Source of the DNA: Patescibacteria group bacterium
GTDB taxonomy: Bacteria > Patescibacteriota > Patescibacteriia > Patescibacteriales > UBA12465
Assembly: GCA_016938835.1 (NCBI GenBank)
Contig: JAFGTW010000019.1
Location: forward strand, 1 to 62,811
DNA: 62,811 bases
Reading direction: 5' to 3'
Part shown: piece after piece, positions 10,374-20,456 of the stretch
How positions within the stretch are numbered: the stretch's first letter is position 1
How the letters are laid out: each line of letters starts with the position of its first letter
Program-made: the position numbers and the translations under genes
Notes under the pieces: model-generated
Told to the model about the DNA's origin: nothing
Databases searched by the model: none
What the model saw: the letters and a program-made list of their open reading frames with translations, nothing else

Positions 10374-11622
10374 AAAAATGTGGCTACGAGTTAGTGAAGC
10401 CTGTTTATATTTAACAGTTTTCATGTTGCCGTGGCAGACCAAATTAATATTACGTCCAGCTAGTAGTAATTATTGGGAAATATCCATATTTGCGGCTTTT
10501 GTTTTTTTATATTTAAGTTTATTATTATTACTGCCAAGCGGCTTATTATCGTTGAGCTTTTGGAAGAAAATATCTTTAAAAATAAGAATTACATCTTTTA
10601 TTTTTTTAGTTTCTGCTTTAATTTCAGTTTTTGTTTCTGGCGATTTTTTGCTTTCACTTTTTCGTTTTTTGTTATTACTTTCTGCTTTTATCTTTTATTG
10701 TATTTTGAAACAGCTTTCGCCCTTATTACGTCAGCGCTTGTTAATTATTTTTCTTATTAGCTTAGGACTACAAGCTTTAATTGGAATTGAGCAATTTTTA
10801 ACACAAACTTCTTTTGCTAGTACTTATTTAGGAATGGCTTATCATGGCGCTGGTGACTTGGGGGCGATTGTGATTGAAACTGCATCAGGGCGTTGGCTTC
10901 GTGCTTATGGTGCTAGTGACCACCCTAATATTTTTGGCGGCCTTATGGCCTTAGCCTCTTTAACTAGTTTATATATATTTTTTACAGAGGATAAAATGAA
11001 ATTACGTGCCTATGCTCTAGGTGCTTATGTGTTATTTATTATCTCTGTTTTATTTTCTTTTTCACGTTCGGCTGCACTCGCCTTATCTGTTGGTCTAATT
11101 TTATTAATTTGGCAGAATTGGCAAACGCGTTACAAAAATTTACGACCAGCCGCCGCTTTGTTAGTGCTGACAATTTTGATTGTTTCATTATTCCTGACGC
11201 AATATAGTGATTTAATTTGGTCGCGCACACAAATAAATAGTCGTCTAGAAAATAATTCTTTAGTGGAGAGGAGGACATATAACGGGCGAGCTTGGCAGAA
11301 CTTCAAGCGCTCTCCACTATTTGGCCTTGGTTTAGGGGCTTCGCCGGAGTCTGATTACTATCAGGATATTTCTAGGGGGCAAGTTAAAGCAGCTTGGAAT
11401 TATCAGCCCGCTCACAATTATTGGCTATTGGCTGTTGTTGAGGGGGGTATATTTTTTCTGTCAGCACTGGCAGCTTTATGGTTTTTTGTTTACAAAAAAA
11501 GTCGGGAACACCGACTTCTGGCAATATTTGTTGCTTTATTTATTTTAACTTTATTTGATCACTGGCTTTTCAGCTTACCTTTAGCAGTTTTATGGTTAGC
11601 TTTCTTTTTTGTTTTAATATAA
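10366..11622 (+). CDS. O-antigen ligase-like (Wzy_C domain) polytopic membrane protein
   Basis: 418 aa and more than 10 TM segments. The segment FSFSRSAALALSVGLILL followed by a large loop is typical of the Wzy_C/WaaL/PglL family. Confidence 0.75.
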   Translation: MNKKMWLRVSEACLYLTVFMLPWQTKLILRPASSNYWEISIFAAFVFLYLSLLLLLPSGLLSLSFWKKISLKIRITSFIFLVSALISVFVSGDFLLSLFRFLLLLSAFIFYCILKQLSPLLRQRLLIIFLISLGLQALIGIEQFLTQTSFASTYLGMAYHGAGDLGAIVIETASGRWLRAYGASDHPNIFGGLMALASLTSLYIFFTEDKMKLRAYALGAYVLFIISVLFSFSRSAALALSVGLILLIWQNWQTRYKNLRPAAALLVLTILIVSLFLTQYSDLIWSRTQINSRLENNSLVERRTYNGRAWQNFKRSPLFGLGLGASPESDYYQDISRGQVKAAWNYQPAHNYWLLAVVEGGIFFLSALAALWFFVYKKSREHRLLAIFVALFILTLFDHWLFSLPLAVLWLAFFFVLI

Positions 11623-11861
11623 TAGTTTTTTTGCAATAAAATTAAATCTTTCTCTAAGTTTTTAAAAGCCTTATTTATTAAATTTTTTTCGCCCGCTGGG
11701 GCTTTTTTTATTTGTTCGGCTAGTTGTTCTTGGAGTAGATGAACTAGCGTGGCAGCAGTACCAAAATAATCATCATTATCCACATGGAACTTAACGCTGT
11801 TAACATCTCTAAGAATCTTTACGCTAGGATTGATATGATATTTTTTAGGCAAGGAGGGCAT
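11559..11861 (-). CDS. Hypothetical protein, start-stop coupled to radC
   Basis: 100-aa ORF. Its ATG overlaps the radC stop (TAATG on the minus strand). Its 3' end overlaps the convergent gene 10366-11622 by 64 nt. Confidence 0.45.
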   Translation of the reverse strand: MPSLPKKYHINPSVKILRDVNSVKFHVDNDDYFGTAATLVHLLQEQLAEQIKKAPAGEKNLINKAFKNLEKDLILLQKNYYIKTKKKANHKTAKGKLKSQ

Positions 11862-12616
11862 TAGATTATACTTAAAAATTTATTATTTCCAATAATTAAA
11901 TGATCAAGTATTTCAATATCTAAAATTTTGGCGGCGGCTAAGAGTTTGTCGGTGATTTCAGTATCAGCACGACTAGCTTTAATCGTGCCAGACGGATGAT
12001 TATGGGCAATGATAACAGCAGTTGCTCCATATTCTAAAGCTGGTCTAAAAACTTCACGAACGTGTACGAGGGAGGCGTCAATAGTACCAATAGAGATAAC
12101 CTCGTCATGCACTAGTTGATAATGGTTATTCAAATATAAGCCACGAAACTGTTCTTTTTTTAAACTGCTCATGTCTTTTAAGTGGTTGAAAGCTTGAGCG
12201 GCATTACGGATTGTAATTAGGCCACCTGGTTTTTTTTGAAATAAGCGACGACCTAATTCAAAACAAGCTACAATCTGACAAGCTTTTGTTTCAGGAATAT
12301 TTAAATCTTTAGCAATATTAATAGGATTTTTTTGAGTAGCGATGGCTTTTTCTCCATATTCACGTAGTAGTCGTGAAGCCATTGAAAAAACTTCCTCTTT
12401 TTTTGTGCCTACGCCTAATACTACTGCTAGTAATTCGGCCAAACTTAAAGAGCCGACGCCGTCAATAATCATTTTTTCGCGTGGCTTTTCGCCTTCGGAC
12501 ATGTCACGAATTCTTTTTATCTTGTATGCTTGTCCGTGTTCTAAGGCTGACGACATTTTTTTCAATTTATAAGGCATATTGTTTAAAAAATTATTCTTTA
12601 CATCTTCGCTTTCCAT
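11861..12616 (-). CDS. radC: RadC-family JAB/MPN domain protein
   Basis: HhH-like N-terminus (LSLAELLAVVLGVGTKKE) and the JAMM motif HNHPSG. Confidence 0.9.
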   Translation of the reverse strand: MESEDVKNNFLNNMPYKLKKMSSALEHGQAYKIKRIRDMSEGEKPREKMIIDGVGSLSLAELLAVVLGVGTKKEEVFSMASRLLREYGEKAIATQKNPINIAKDLNIPETKACQIVACFELGRRLFQKKPGGLITIRNAAQAFNHLKDMSSLKKEQFRGLYLNNHYQLVHDEVISIGTIDASLVHVREVFRPALEYGATAVIIAHNHPSGTIKASRADTEITDKLLAAAKILDIEILDHLIIGNNKFLSII

Positions 12617-12628
12617 TATAACAGAGAT

Positions 12629-13942
12629 ATGTTAAATTTAAAATATAATATTAACTATATTTTTCATATGTTTAAATATAAGAAATCAATTTTAAAGAAT
12701 AAAATTCCCCTAATATTAGTACCTATGGCCGGAGTAAAGACGGCCACGGCTTTGATAATGGTTAAAACTGGCTCTAAGTATGAAAATAAGGTGGAAAGTG
12801 GACTTTCTCACTTTTTAGAACATATGTTTTTTAAGGGTACTAAGCGTCGCCCGGACACATTGACTTTGTCCGCCGAATTAGATGTTCTTGGTGGTGAGTA
12901 TAATGCCTTTACTTCTAAAGAATATACAGGCTACTTCGTCAAAGTGGCAGAAGGCAAACTGGGACAAGCTTTAGATATTTTAGGTGATATGTTGACTAGT
13001 TCTAAATTTGAAGCAGCAGAAATTGAGCGAGAAAAAGGCGTAATTATAGAAGAACTAAATATGTATGAAGATAATCCTTTAATGCATATTGAGGATGTTC
13101 TTGAGACTTGTTTATATGGAGATACTCCGGCCGGCTGGGACACAATTGGCACCAAAAAGAATATCCAATCGTTTAAGCGAGCTGATTTTTTACGTTATTT
13201 TAATCGTCAGTACGGAACAAAAAGTATTAAAGTTATTATAAGTGGTGCTATAAAAGATTCTGATATAAAACAGGCTCGTCAGATTTTTGGCAATATAAAA
13301 AATAATAATTGGAGAGACAAGATAGCTGTTCAAGAAAGACAAATAAAACCACAAGTAAAAAGTGTATTTAAGGCCACCGATCAGGTTAATTTATCACTAG
13401 CGGTTAGAGCAGTGCCAGTTGGACATCCTCAAGAGCTAGCCTTAAAAATGCTAAGTGTTATTTTAGGTGGCTCGATGAGTTCGCGTTTATTTATTTCTTT
13501 ACGTGAACGCTCCGGCTTAGCTTATTATGTGAAAACATCAACCGAGTTTTATTCTGACTCCGGTTATTTAACTACTCAAGCTGGTGTGCCTAAAGATAAG
13601 GCGGAGGCAGCAGTAGTCATAATTTTGGCTGAGTATCGCCGCATTGCTAGTGAAGATGTAAGTACTGAAGAATTAGCTCGCGCTAAAGATTTGATGTCAG
13701 GGAAATTACTGATGCAACTTGAAACCAGTGATGATGTGGCTAGTTGGTATGGTCGTCAAACAATTTTGCGTGATAAATTTATTGAACCTAGTGAATTAAA
13801 TAGGAAGTTGCGCGCCTTAACAGTTAAAGATATTCGTCAGGCAGCGGAATTAGTAATAAAAGATAAGAATTTAAATTTGGCTATTATTGGACCGATAAAA
13901 GAGGCGAGCAAAAAGAAATTGCAAAAAATGTTAAAAATTTAG
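12629..13942 (+). CDS. M16 (pitrilysin/insulinase) family zinc peptidase
   Basis: Inverted zincin motif HFLEHMFFKGT (HxxEH) and a downstream Glu region. An alternative ATG at 12668 fits family N-termini better. Confidence 0.88.
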   Translation: MLNLKYNINYIFHMFKYKKSILKNKIPLILVPMAGVKTATALIMVKTGSKYENKVESGLSHFLEHMFFKGTKRRPDTLTLSAELDVLGGEYNAFTSKEYTGYFVKVAEGKLGQALDILGDMLTSSKFEAAEIEREKGVIIEELNMYEDNPLMHIEDVLETCLYGDTPAGWDTIGTKKNIQSFKRADFLRYFNRQYGTKSIKVIISGAIKDSDIKQARQIFGNIKNNNWRDKIAVQERQIKPQVKSVFKATDQVNLSLAVRAVPVGHPQELALKMLSVILGGSMSSRLFISLRERSGLAYYVKTSTEFYSDSGYLTTQAGVPKDKAEAAVVIILAEYRRIASEDVSTEELARAKDLMSGKLLMQLETSDDVASWYGRQTILRDKFIEPSELNRKLRALTVKDIRQAAELVIKDKNLNLAIIGPIKEASKKKLQKMLKI

Positions 13943-13960
13943 TTAAAGAAATATTTGCGT

Positions 13961-16933
13961 ATGAAAAGCAATATTCAAAAACTGAATAACAAACAACAAG
14001 CGGCGATTAATCATCGCCAGGGGCCGCTTTTAGTGGTGGCTGGAGCTGGTACGGGCAAGACTAGTGTTTTAGTTAATCGTCTGGCAGATATTTTAGAAAA
14101 AGAAAAAGTACAAAGTGACAGGGTCTTACTTTTAACTTTTACCGAAAAGGCGGCGCAAGAAATGGAAGAACGAGCGGATCGTTTACTTCCTTATGGATAT
14201 TTAGATCTTTGGATTAATACTTTTCACAGTTTTTGTGAACGATTATTACGCGAACACGCTCTAGATATTGGTTTACCAGCGGATTTTCGTCTTTTAACTG
14301 CAACTGAACAATGGATGACAATTAAGAAGAATTTTGATCGCTTTAATCTTAATTATTATCGTCCTTTGGGTAATCCTACTAAGTTTATATCGGAATTGCT
14401 TAAGCATTTTTCTCGCTTGAAAGATGAAAATATTTCATCGGCTGAATATTTGGCTTATGCTAAAAATATTCAAAAAACAAATACTGATAAATCCAAAAAA
14501 GCAGATAAAAATAGCGACGACGATGATGAAACTGAAGATATTTTAGAAAGTGATCGCCTGCAAGAGTTGGCCGGCGCTTATGAAACTTATAATAATTTAC
14601 TCCTGGAAAATTCTTGGCTTGATTTTGGTGATTTAATTTTGTATACCTTAAAACTTCTACGAGAGCGGCCCCTTATTTTAAAGCATTATCGGGAAAAATT
14701 TCTTTATATAATGGTTGATGAGTTTCAGGATACGAATTGGGCTCAGTATGAATTAGTAAAGCTATTATCAGCTCCTAATAATAATTTAATGGTGGTAGGC
14801 GATGATGATCAAGCTATTTATCGTTTCCGAGGAGCTTCTCTCGCCAACATTATGCAGTTTAAAGATGATTTTCCGGAGGCTATCGAAATTGTTTTAACTG
14901 AAAACTATCGCTCTCGTCAGGATATTTTAGATATCTCCCATAACTTTATTAGTCACAATAATCCTAATCGTTTAGAATCAAAACTGAATATCAATAAAAC
15001 CTTAGTGGCGAAAGGTGAGAGCGCTAAATTAGGACAGACACCGGAATTTATATTATTAGAACGACAGGATGAGGAGCTGTCAATTGTGGCCGAAAAGATA
15101 TTAGAGATTTATCAACGTGATCAAGATTCTGGGCAAGATACATCTTGGTCTGATTTTGCCATCTTAGCTCGTTCCAATGACACAGCCTCACTATTTGTTA
15201 AAGAATTAACTCGACGAGGAATTCCTAATCAATTTGTTTCTTTGCGTGGTCTTTATTATAAGTCAATTATTCTCGATTGTTTAGCTTATTTACGTTTGTT
15301 GGATAATTATCATGAATCATCGGCCTTATTTAGAGTGCTAAACTTAAGCCCTTTTAGAATAAGTCATGCGGACATTATTAGTCTTAATCGTTTTGCCCGC
15401 CGCAAGGCCTGGTCATTATTTGAAACTTTGCAAAAGGCACAAATGGTGAATGATTTAAGTCCGGAGGCCTTAATCCCTATTCGCCACTTATTAGCTTTAA
15501 TTGAAAAACATTCTCTATTAGTTCCCAGTGCTTTACCGAGTAAGATATTTTTTAAATTCGTTGAAGAGTCTGGCTTGCTTAAAGACCTTGATATTGATGC
15601 TGATCAAGAATCATTTTCTTATTTAAACCAGTTTTATCAGAAAATAAAAAGACTGGAAGAAGGGGCGCCAGAAACAAGGTTAAACGATTTTATGGAAGCG
15701 ATGAATTTAGAGTTAGAAGCTGGCGAAAGTGGTTCTTTGAAGCTTGATTTTGTCGATCAAGATAGTGTTCGGGTGATGACCGTTCATGCTGCTAAAGGCT
15801 TAGAATTTCCTTATGTATTTTTAGTTAATTTAGCTGATAAAAAATTCCCGACTATTAATAGAAGTGAAAAGATTCCTTTGCCGCAGGGTTTGGTGAAGGA
15901 AATTTTAGTTGACTCAAATGATGCACATATAGAAGAAGAAAGACGATTATTCTATGTTGCTCTAACTAGGGCCAAAAGGGAGCTGTATGTTACTAGCGCT
16001 AAAGATTATGGAGGTGTTCGTGAGAAAAAAGTCTCTCGTTTTATTGAAGAGGCTGGTTTAGCAATAAGAGAATCTTCAAGCCGAATAAATAGTAATGAAT
16101 TATTGCGCGACTTAACTGATGAAGGGTCTCAATTTTTACAAGCAGAATTATCCGTTGATCAATTACCAAGGAAATTCTCTTTTTCGCAATTAGCCGCCTA
16201 TGATAATTGCCCCTTGCAATATAAATTTGCCTTCATTTTAAAAATCCCTGCCCCAGAGGATAAACCTAGTTTGATTTTTGGTCGGGTGATGCATAATGTT
16301 TTTTATGATTTTCTTAAACCGATTATCAGTGATTCTCAGGCCAGTCTATTTGCTAAGGATAAATCAGATAAAAATTTACTTACTCTTAAACGTTTAGAGA
16401 GTTTATTAGATAGGCACTGGGTTAGCGATGGTTATGAAAGTAGCGAACAAAGAGATGATTACTACAACAGAGCCAAGTTGGCTTTAAAAGATTATTTAGC
16501 AGCTTTTTGCCCCCCTACACAAACCATGCCTCAAATCCTGTTTCTTGAAAGAAAATTTAATTTTAAAATTGGCGGAGAAACTTTAAAGGGTGCGATCGAT
16601 CGGGTAGATAGAGTAGAGGGAGGAGTGGAAGTGATTGATTATAAAACAGGAAGGCCAAAAGATAAGTTGGAATGGAAAGACAAGCGCCAGTTAATTTTGT
16701 ATCAATTATTTTTAGAAGAGGTTTTACAAATTAAAGTTTTATCTTTAAAATATTATTATGTGGAAGGTGGGAGTGTTCTAGCTTTTAGTCCTAAAGAAAC
16801 AGAAAAAGAAAAACTTAAGTTAGAAATAAATAAGCAAATTAAAGCAATCAAATCAAGAAATTTTACACCTAAGCCATCACAAATGTGTAAATTCTGTGAC
16901 TTTAATCGAATTTGTGAATTTAACCAGTTTTAA
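13961..16933 (+). CDS. UvrD/PcrA-type SF1 helicase fused to a PD-(D/E)xK nuclease with a Cas4/AddB-like Cys cluster
   Basis: Walker A AGAGTGKT, DEFQDT, VGDDDQAIYRFRGA, TVHAAKGLEF. C-terminal C-x..IDYKTG..CKFCDFNRIC. The ORF opens at TTG 13955; ATG at 13961. Confidence 0.9.
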   Translation: MKSNIQKLNNKQQAAINHRQGPLLVVAGAGTGKTSVLVNRLADILEKEKVQSDRVLLLTFTEKAAQEMEERADRLLPYGYLDLWINTFHSFCERLLREHALDIGLPADFRLLTATEQWMTIKKNFDRFNLNYYRPLGNPTKFISELLKHFSRLKDENISSAEYLAYAKNIQKTNTDKSKKADKNSDDDDETEDILESDRLQELAGAYETYNNLLLENSWLDFGDLILYTLKLLRERPLILKHYREKFLYIMVDEFQDTNWAQYELVKLLSAPNNNLMVVGDDDQAIYRFRGASLANIMQFKDDFPEAIEIVLTENYRSRQDILDISHNFISHNNPNRLESKLNINKTLVAKGESAKLGQTPEFILLERQDEELSIVAEKILEIYQRDQDSGQDTSWSDFAILARSNDTASLFVKELTRRGIPNQFVSLRGLYYKSIILDCLAYLRLLDNYHESSALFRVLNLSPFRISHADIISLNRFARRKAWSLFETLQKAQMVNDLSPEALIPIRHLLALIEKHSLLVPSALPSKIFFKFVEESGLLKDLDIDADQESFSYLNQFYQKIKRLEEGAPETRLNDFMEAMNLELEAGESGSLKLDFVDQDSVRVMTVHAAKGLEFPYVFLVNLADKKFPTINRSEKIPLPQGLVKEILVDSNDAHIEEERRLFYVALTRAKRELYVTSAKDYGGVREKKVSRFIEEAGLAIRESSSRINSNELLRDLTDEGSQFLQAELSVDQLPRKFSFSQLAAYDNCPLQYKFAFILKIPAPEDKPSLIFGRVMHNVFYDFLKPIISDSQASLFAKDKSDKNLLTLKRLESLLDRHWVSDGYESSEQRDDYYNRAKLALKDYLAAFCPPTQTMPQILFLERKFNFKIGGETLKGAIDRVDRVEGGVEVIDYKTGRPKDKLEWKDKRQLILYQLFLEEVLQIKVLSLKYYYVEGGSVLAFSPKETEKEKLKLEINKQIKAIKSRNFTPKPSQMCKFCDFNRICEFNQF

Positions 16934-16961
16934 AATTATTTTTTTATTTAGTTAAAAACTT

Positions 16962-17627
16962 ATGTTGGGTAAATATATAAATTTTCGCTGGGGGTTATAC
17001 TTTATTTTATTTGGTGTTTGGTCTCTGTGGTTAATCCAACAGAGAGTTGCTTCTTTTGATAATTATATTGTAAATGATTGTTTAAATGATATTAGGGGAC
17101 AGCGTCCAGCTGTTTTAGTTTTAGGCGCTAGGGCTTATGATAGTGAAAATGTTAGTCCAGTTTTCGCTGATCGCTTAGATATGGCAGCTGCTTTATATAA
17201 TAAGGGCTTAGTTAAAAAAATATTAGTGAGTGGCGATCATGGTACTGTTTTTTACGACGAGGTAAATGCGGGCAAAGATTATCTATTAACACAGAATGTT
17301 TTACCTGAGGATATATTTTTAGATCACGCTGGTTTTGATACTTATGATAGTATATATAGAGCTAAAAATATTTTTCGTTTGGATAAAATGTTAATTTCTA
17401 CTCAAGATTTTCATTTATCACGAGCTCTTTATATTGCCAAGCGTTTAGATGTTGATGCTTGGGGTTGTCGAGCAGATCAGCGATACTATGCTAATATAAA
17501 GTATATGACTCGTAGAGAATGGTTGGCCTCAGTAAAAGCTTGGTTTGATATAAATTTAGGCTCTACTTCAAAATTTTTAGGTCAGATTTTTGATATTGAA
17601 GGTGATGGTCGTCAGACCTGGGATTAA
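16962..17627 (+). CDS. SanA/YdcF-like DUF218 protein
   Basis: N-terminal TM, then VLVLGA, ILVSGDHG and YDEVNAGKDYL, typical of SanA-like proteins. Confidence 0.75.
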   Translation: MLGKYINFRWGLYFILFGVWSLWLIQQRVASFDNYIVNDCLNDIRGQRPAVLVLGARAYDSENVSPVFADRLDMAAALYNKGLVKKILVSGDHGTVFYDEVNAGKDYLLTQNVLPEDIFLDHAGFDTYDSIYRAKNIFRLDKMLISTQDFHLSRALYIAKRLDVDAWGCRADQRYYANIKYMTRREWLASVKAWFDINLGSTSKFLGQIFDIEGDGRQTWD

Positions 17628-17639
17628 TAACATTAATAT

Positions 17640-18647
17640 ATGTCGGAAAAACAACGTCTGCTTGATCCGCAGGAAAGAATTGAAGAAGAAGTTTTGGAAG
17701 TAAGTTTACGGCCACGTTTGTTGCAAGAATATGTTGGGCAAGAAAGTATTAAGGCAAACTTAGAAATTGCTATAGCAGCAGCTAAACAGAGAAAGGAGTC
17801 AATTGAGCACGTTTTGCTATATGGCGCTCCCGGTTTAGGTAAAACGACTCTAGCTCACGTAATCGCCAATGAAATGGGTGTCAATTTAAGAGTAACATCT
17901 GGTCCGGCTATTGAAAAAAGTGGTGATTTGGCAGCAATTTTAAGTAATCTTGAAGAAGGTGATATTTTATTTATTGATGAAATTCATCGTTTGCCTAAAA
18001 CTGTTGAAGAAATATTATATCCAGCTATGGAAGATTATGCTTTAGATATTGTGATGGGCAAGGGGCCTAGTGCTAGAACTTTACGGCTTGATTTACCCTA
18101 TTTTACTATTATTGGAGCCACTACTTTAGCTAGTCTACTTTCAGCTCCTTTGCGAGATCGTTTTGGGTTATCGCATCACTTGGAATTTTACAAGGAGGAT
18201 GAAATGGAAAAAATTATTACTCGTAGCGCTCATATTTTTAAGATTGATTTACCTGCCGATGCCGCCAAGGCTATTTCTGGGCGCTCTCGTCGTACACCAC
18301 GTATTGCTAATCGCTTACTCAAGCGTGTGCGTGATTATTGTCAGGTTAAAAATAACGGCGAGATTAGTTTAGAGGCATGTAATCAAGCTTTTGATTTATT
18401 GAATATTGATATTCTTGGGCTAGATGCTGTTGATCGTAAAATTTTACATACTTTAATTAATAAATTTCAGGGTGGACCAGTTGGTTTAAATACTTTGGCA
18501 GCCGCTACAGGTGAAGAAATAGATACTTTGGAAAATGTTTATGAACCTTATTTATTGCAGTTAGGTTTTTTGGATAGGTCTCCTCGTGGTCGCATTGCCA
18601 CGACTGCCGCCTATAAGCATTTAGGAATAAGTAAGGGGTTTTTATAA
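17640..18647 (+). CDS. ruvB: Holliday junction branch migration helicase RuvB
   Basis: [13 protein letters not shown], Walker [10 protein letters not shown], Walker B FIDEIHRL, sensor [14 protein letters not shown]-like segment. Confidence 0.97.
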   Translation: MSEKQRLLDPQERIEEEVLEVSLRPRLLQEYVGQESIKANLEIAIAAAKQRKESIEHVLLYGAPGLGKTTLAHVIANEMGVNLRVTSGPAIEKSGDLAAILSNLEEGDILFIDEIHRLPKTVEEILYPAMEDYALDIVMGKGPSARTLRLDLPYFTIIGATTLASLLSAPLRDRFGLSHHLEFYKEDEMEKIITRSAHIFKIDLPADAAKAISGRSRRTPRIANRLLKRVRDYCQVKNNGEISLEACNQAFDLLNIDILGLDAVDRKILHTLINKFQGGPVGLNTLAAATGEEIDTLENVYEPYLLQLGFLDRSPRGRIATTAAYKHLGISKGFL

Positions 18648-18666
18648 GTTTAAGTGCTGTTTTTTT

Positions 18667-19719
18667 ATGCTATCTTTAATAGATTTTGATTATCATTTGC
18701 CCCAGGGATTAATTGCTCAGGAGCCAATTAAGCCGCGCGATCATGCCCGGCTTTTATGTTTATCTAAAAAAGATGGAACGATTAATCACCGTCGATTTGA
18801 TGACCTTTTTGAAATTTTAGGAGAGGGGGATGTTTTAGTGATTAATGATTCTAAGGTATTTCCTGCGCGTCTATTTGGATATAAAGAGGGTACAGGTGGA
18901 AAAATTGAAATATTTTTACATAAACAGAGACAGGCTTCAACTTGGGAATGCTTGATTGGAGGAAAAGTTAAACCAGGAATAAAAATTATTTTAGAGCACG
19001 GCTTAGAGGCGGTGCCTCTTAATGACCAAGGCGATGGAACATGGCTGGTTTCTTTTAATTATAATCAGGACAAATTTTGGAAGGTTTTAGATCGTATCGG
19101 TCGCATGCCTTTACCTCCTTACATTACTCCTAGTAAGAAACAACATTTAGATAGGGTTCGTTATCAAACTGTTTACGCCGAGCATAAAAACATTGGTTCA
19201 GTGGCAGCTCCTACTGCTGGCTTACATTTTACTAAGCGTTTGATTAAAAAATTATCAAAAAAGGGGGTTAAAATGATTCCGGTAACCTTACATGTCGGTC
19301 TTGGTACTTTTGCTTCAGTTAAAGAGAATGATATTACTGAACACAAAATGCATTCTGAATTAGCATTTATTAATAAAAAGTCAGCTAAACTTTTATTGCA
19401 AGCCAAAAATAGCAATAAACGTATTATCGCCGTTGGCACCACCAGTTGTCGTGTGTTGGAATCATATGGTCAGGCAATCAAGCAGAAAAGAATTGCATTG
19501 GGCGAGGCATATCATGAGTGGACTGAGATATTTATTTACCCCGGGTATAAATTTGAATTATTAGATGCTTTAATTACAAATTTTCATTTACCCAAATCTA
19601 GTTTATTAATGCTGGTTTCAGCTCTTGCCGGGCAAGCGGAAATAAAAGAAGCTTACCAGGCTGCCATTACCGCTAAGTATCGTTTTTATAGCTATGGTGA
19701 TGCGATGTTTATTGGCTAA
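18667..19719 (+). CDS. queA: S-adenosylmethionine:tRNA ribosyltransferase-isomerase
   Basis: FDYHLPQGLIAQEP, PLPPYI, YQTVYA, APTAGLHFT, VGTTSCR, FYSYGDAMFI. Confidence 0.96.
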   Translation: MLSLIDFDYHLPQGLIAQEPIKPRDHARLLCLSKKDGTINHRRFDDLFEILGEGDVLVINDSKVFPARLFGYKEGTGGKIEIFLHKQRQASTWECLIGGKVKPGIKIILEHGLEAVPLNDQGDGTWLVSFNYNQDKFWKVLDRIGRMPLPPYITPSKKQHLDRVRYQTVYAEHKNIGSVAAPTAGLHFTKRLIKKLSKKGVKMIPVTLHVGLGTFASVKENDITEHKMHSELAFINKKSAKLLLQAKNSNKRIIAVGTTSCRVLESYGQAIKQKRIALGEAYHEWTEIFIYPGYKFELLDALITNFHLPKSSLLMLVSALAGQAEIKEAYQAAITAKYRFYSYGDAMFIG

Positions 19720-19787
19720 TATTAGATATTTTTACTACTTGCTTTTTACTTATTTTTGTGATATTATTATTTAGTATGATAAAATTT

Positions 19788-19809
19788 ACTGCTACAAAGC
19801 AGTGTTTTT
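19788..19809 (+). terminator. Rho-independent terminator after queA
   Basis: actgct-acaa-agcagt followed by gTTTTT. Confidence 0.6.
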
Positions 19810-19845
19810 ATGTCAGCTAAATATATAGCTTAAGAGATTATTAGT

Positions 19846-20433
19846 ATGTATAAAAAATTTTTAATTTTAATTTGGGAGACTGTAAAAGTAGTGGCAATTT
19901 CTTTAGCTATTATTATTCCAGTGCGTTATTTTTTAATTCAGCCTTTTTATGTTAAGGGTGCCTCCATGGAATCAAGTTTTCATGATCATGAATATTTAAT
20001 TATTGATGAGATAAGTTATCGCTTTCGAACAATTAATCGCGGTGAAGTTATAGTTTTTCGTTATCCTTTAAATCCACAGGAATATTTTATTAAACGTGTG
20101 ATTGCCTTGCCTGGGGAAGGTATTCAGGTTAAAGATGGTAAAGTTATTATTTATAACGATGAGTATCCCGGCGGCTTAGTTCTTAAAGAAAGTTATTTAG
20201 ATAAAAATACTCCAACTTACTCTAATTTAGACGACAAGGTCATTTTAAACGATGATGAATATTTTGTAATGGGTGATAATCGTACCGCCTCTAAAGATTC
20301 TCGTAGTTTTGGGCCTGTAAATAAGAGTTTTATTACTGGCCGTGTGTTTTTACGTGGTTGGCCATTTGATCGCGCAACTATATTCAATGACCCCGTAGAT
20401 TATTCAATTGACTCTTTTACTAACATTGAGTAA
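19846..20433 (+). CDS. lepB: Signal peptidase I
   Basis: N-terminal TM, catalytic Ser box GASMESSF, Lys box KRVIALPGE, GDNRTASKDSR. Confidence 0.93.
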   Translation: MYKKFLILIWETVKVVAISLAIIIPVRYFLIQPFYVKGASMESSFHDHEYLIIDEISYRFRTINRGEVIVFRYPLNPQEYFIKRVIALPGEGIQVKDGKVIIYNDEYPGGLVLKESYLDKNTPTYSNLDDKVILNDDEYFVMGDNRTASKDSRSFGPVNKSFITGRVFLRGWPFDRATIFNDPVDYSIDSFTNIE

Positions 20434-20456
20434 TATAAATTTTCGCTTAATATACT

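Noticed and set aside
10473-10760. 95-aa Phe-rich alternative-frame ORF inside the Wzy_C gene
   Set aside because: It is a frame-shifted reading of a T-rich TM-coding region. The main frame gives a continuous 418-aa family-consistent protein.
18163-18372. 69-aa alternative-frame ORF inside ruvB
   Set aside because: It is nested out of frame within a fully conserved RuvB coding sequence.
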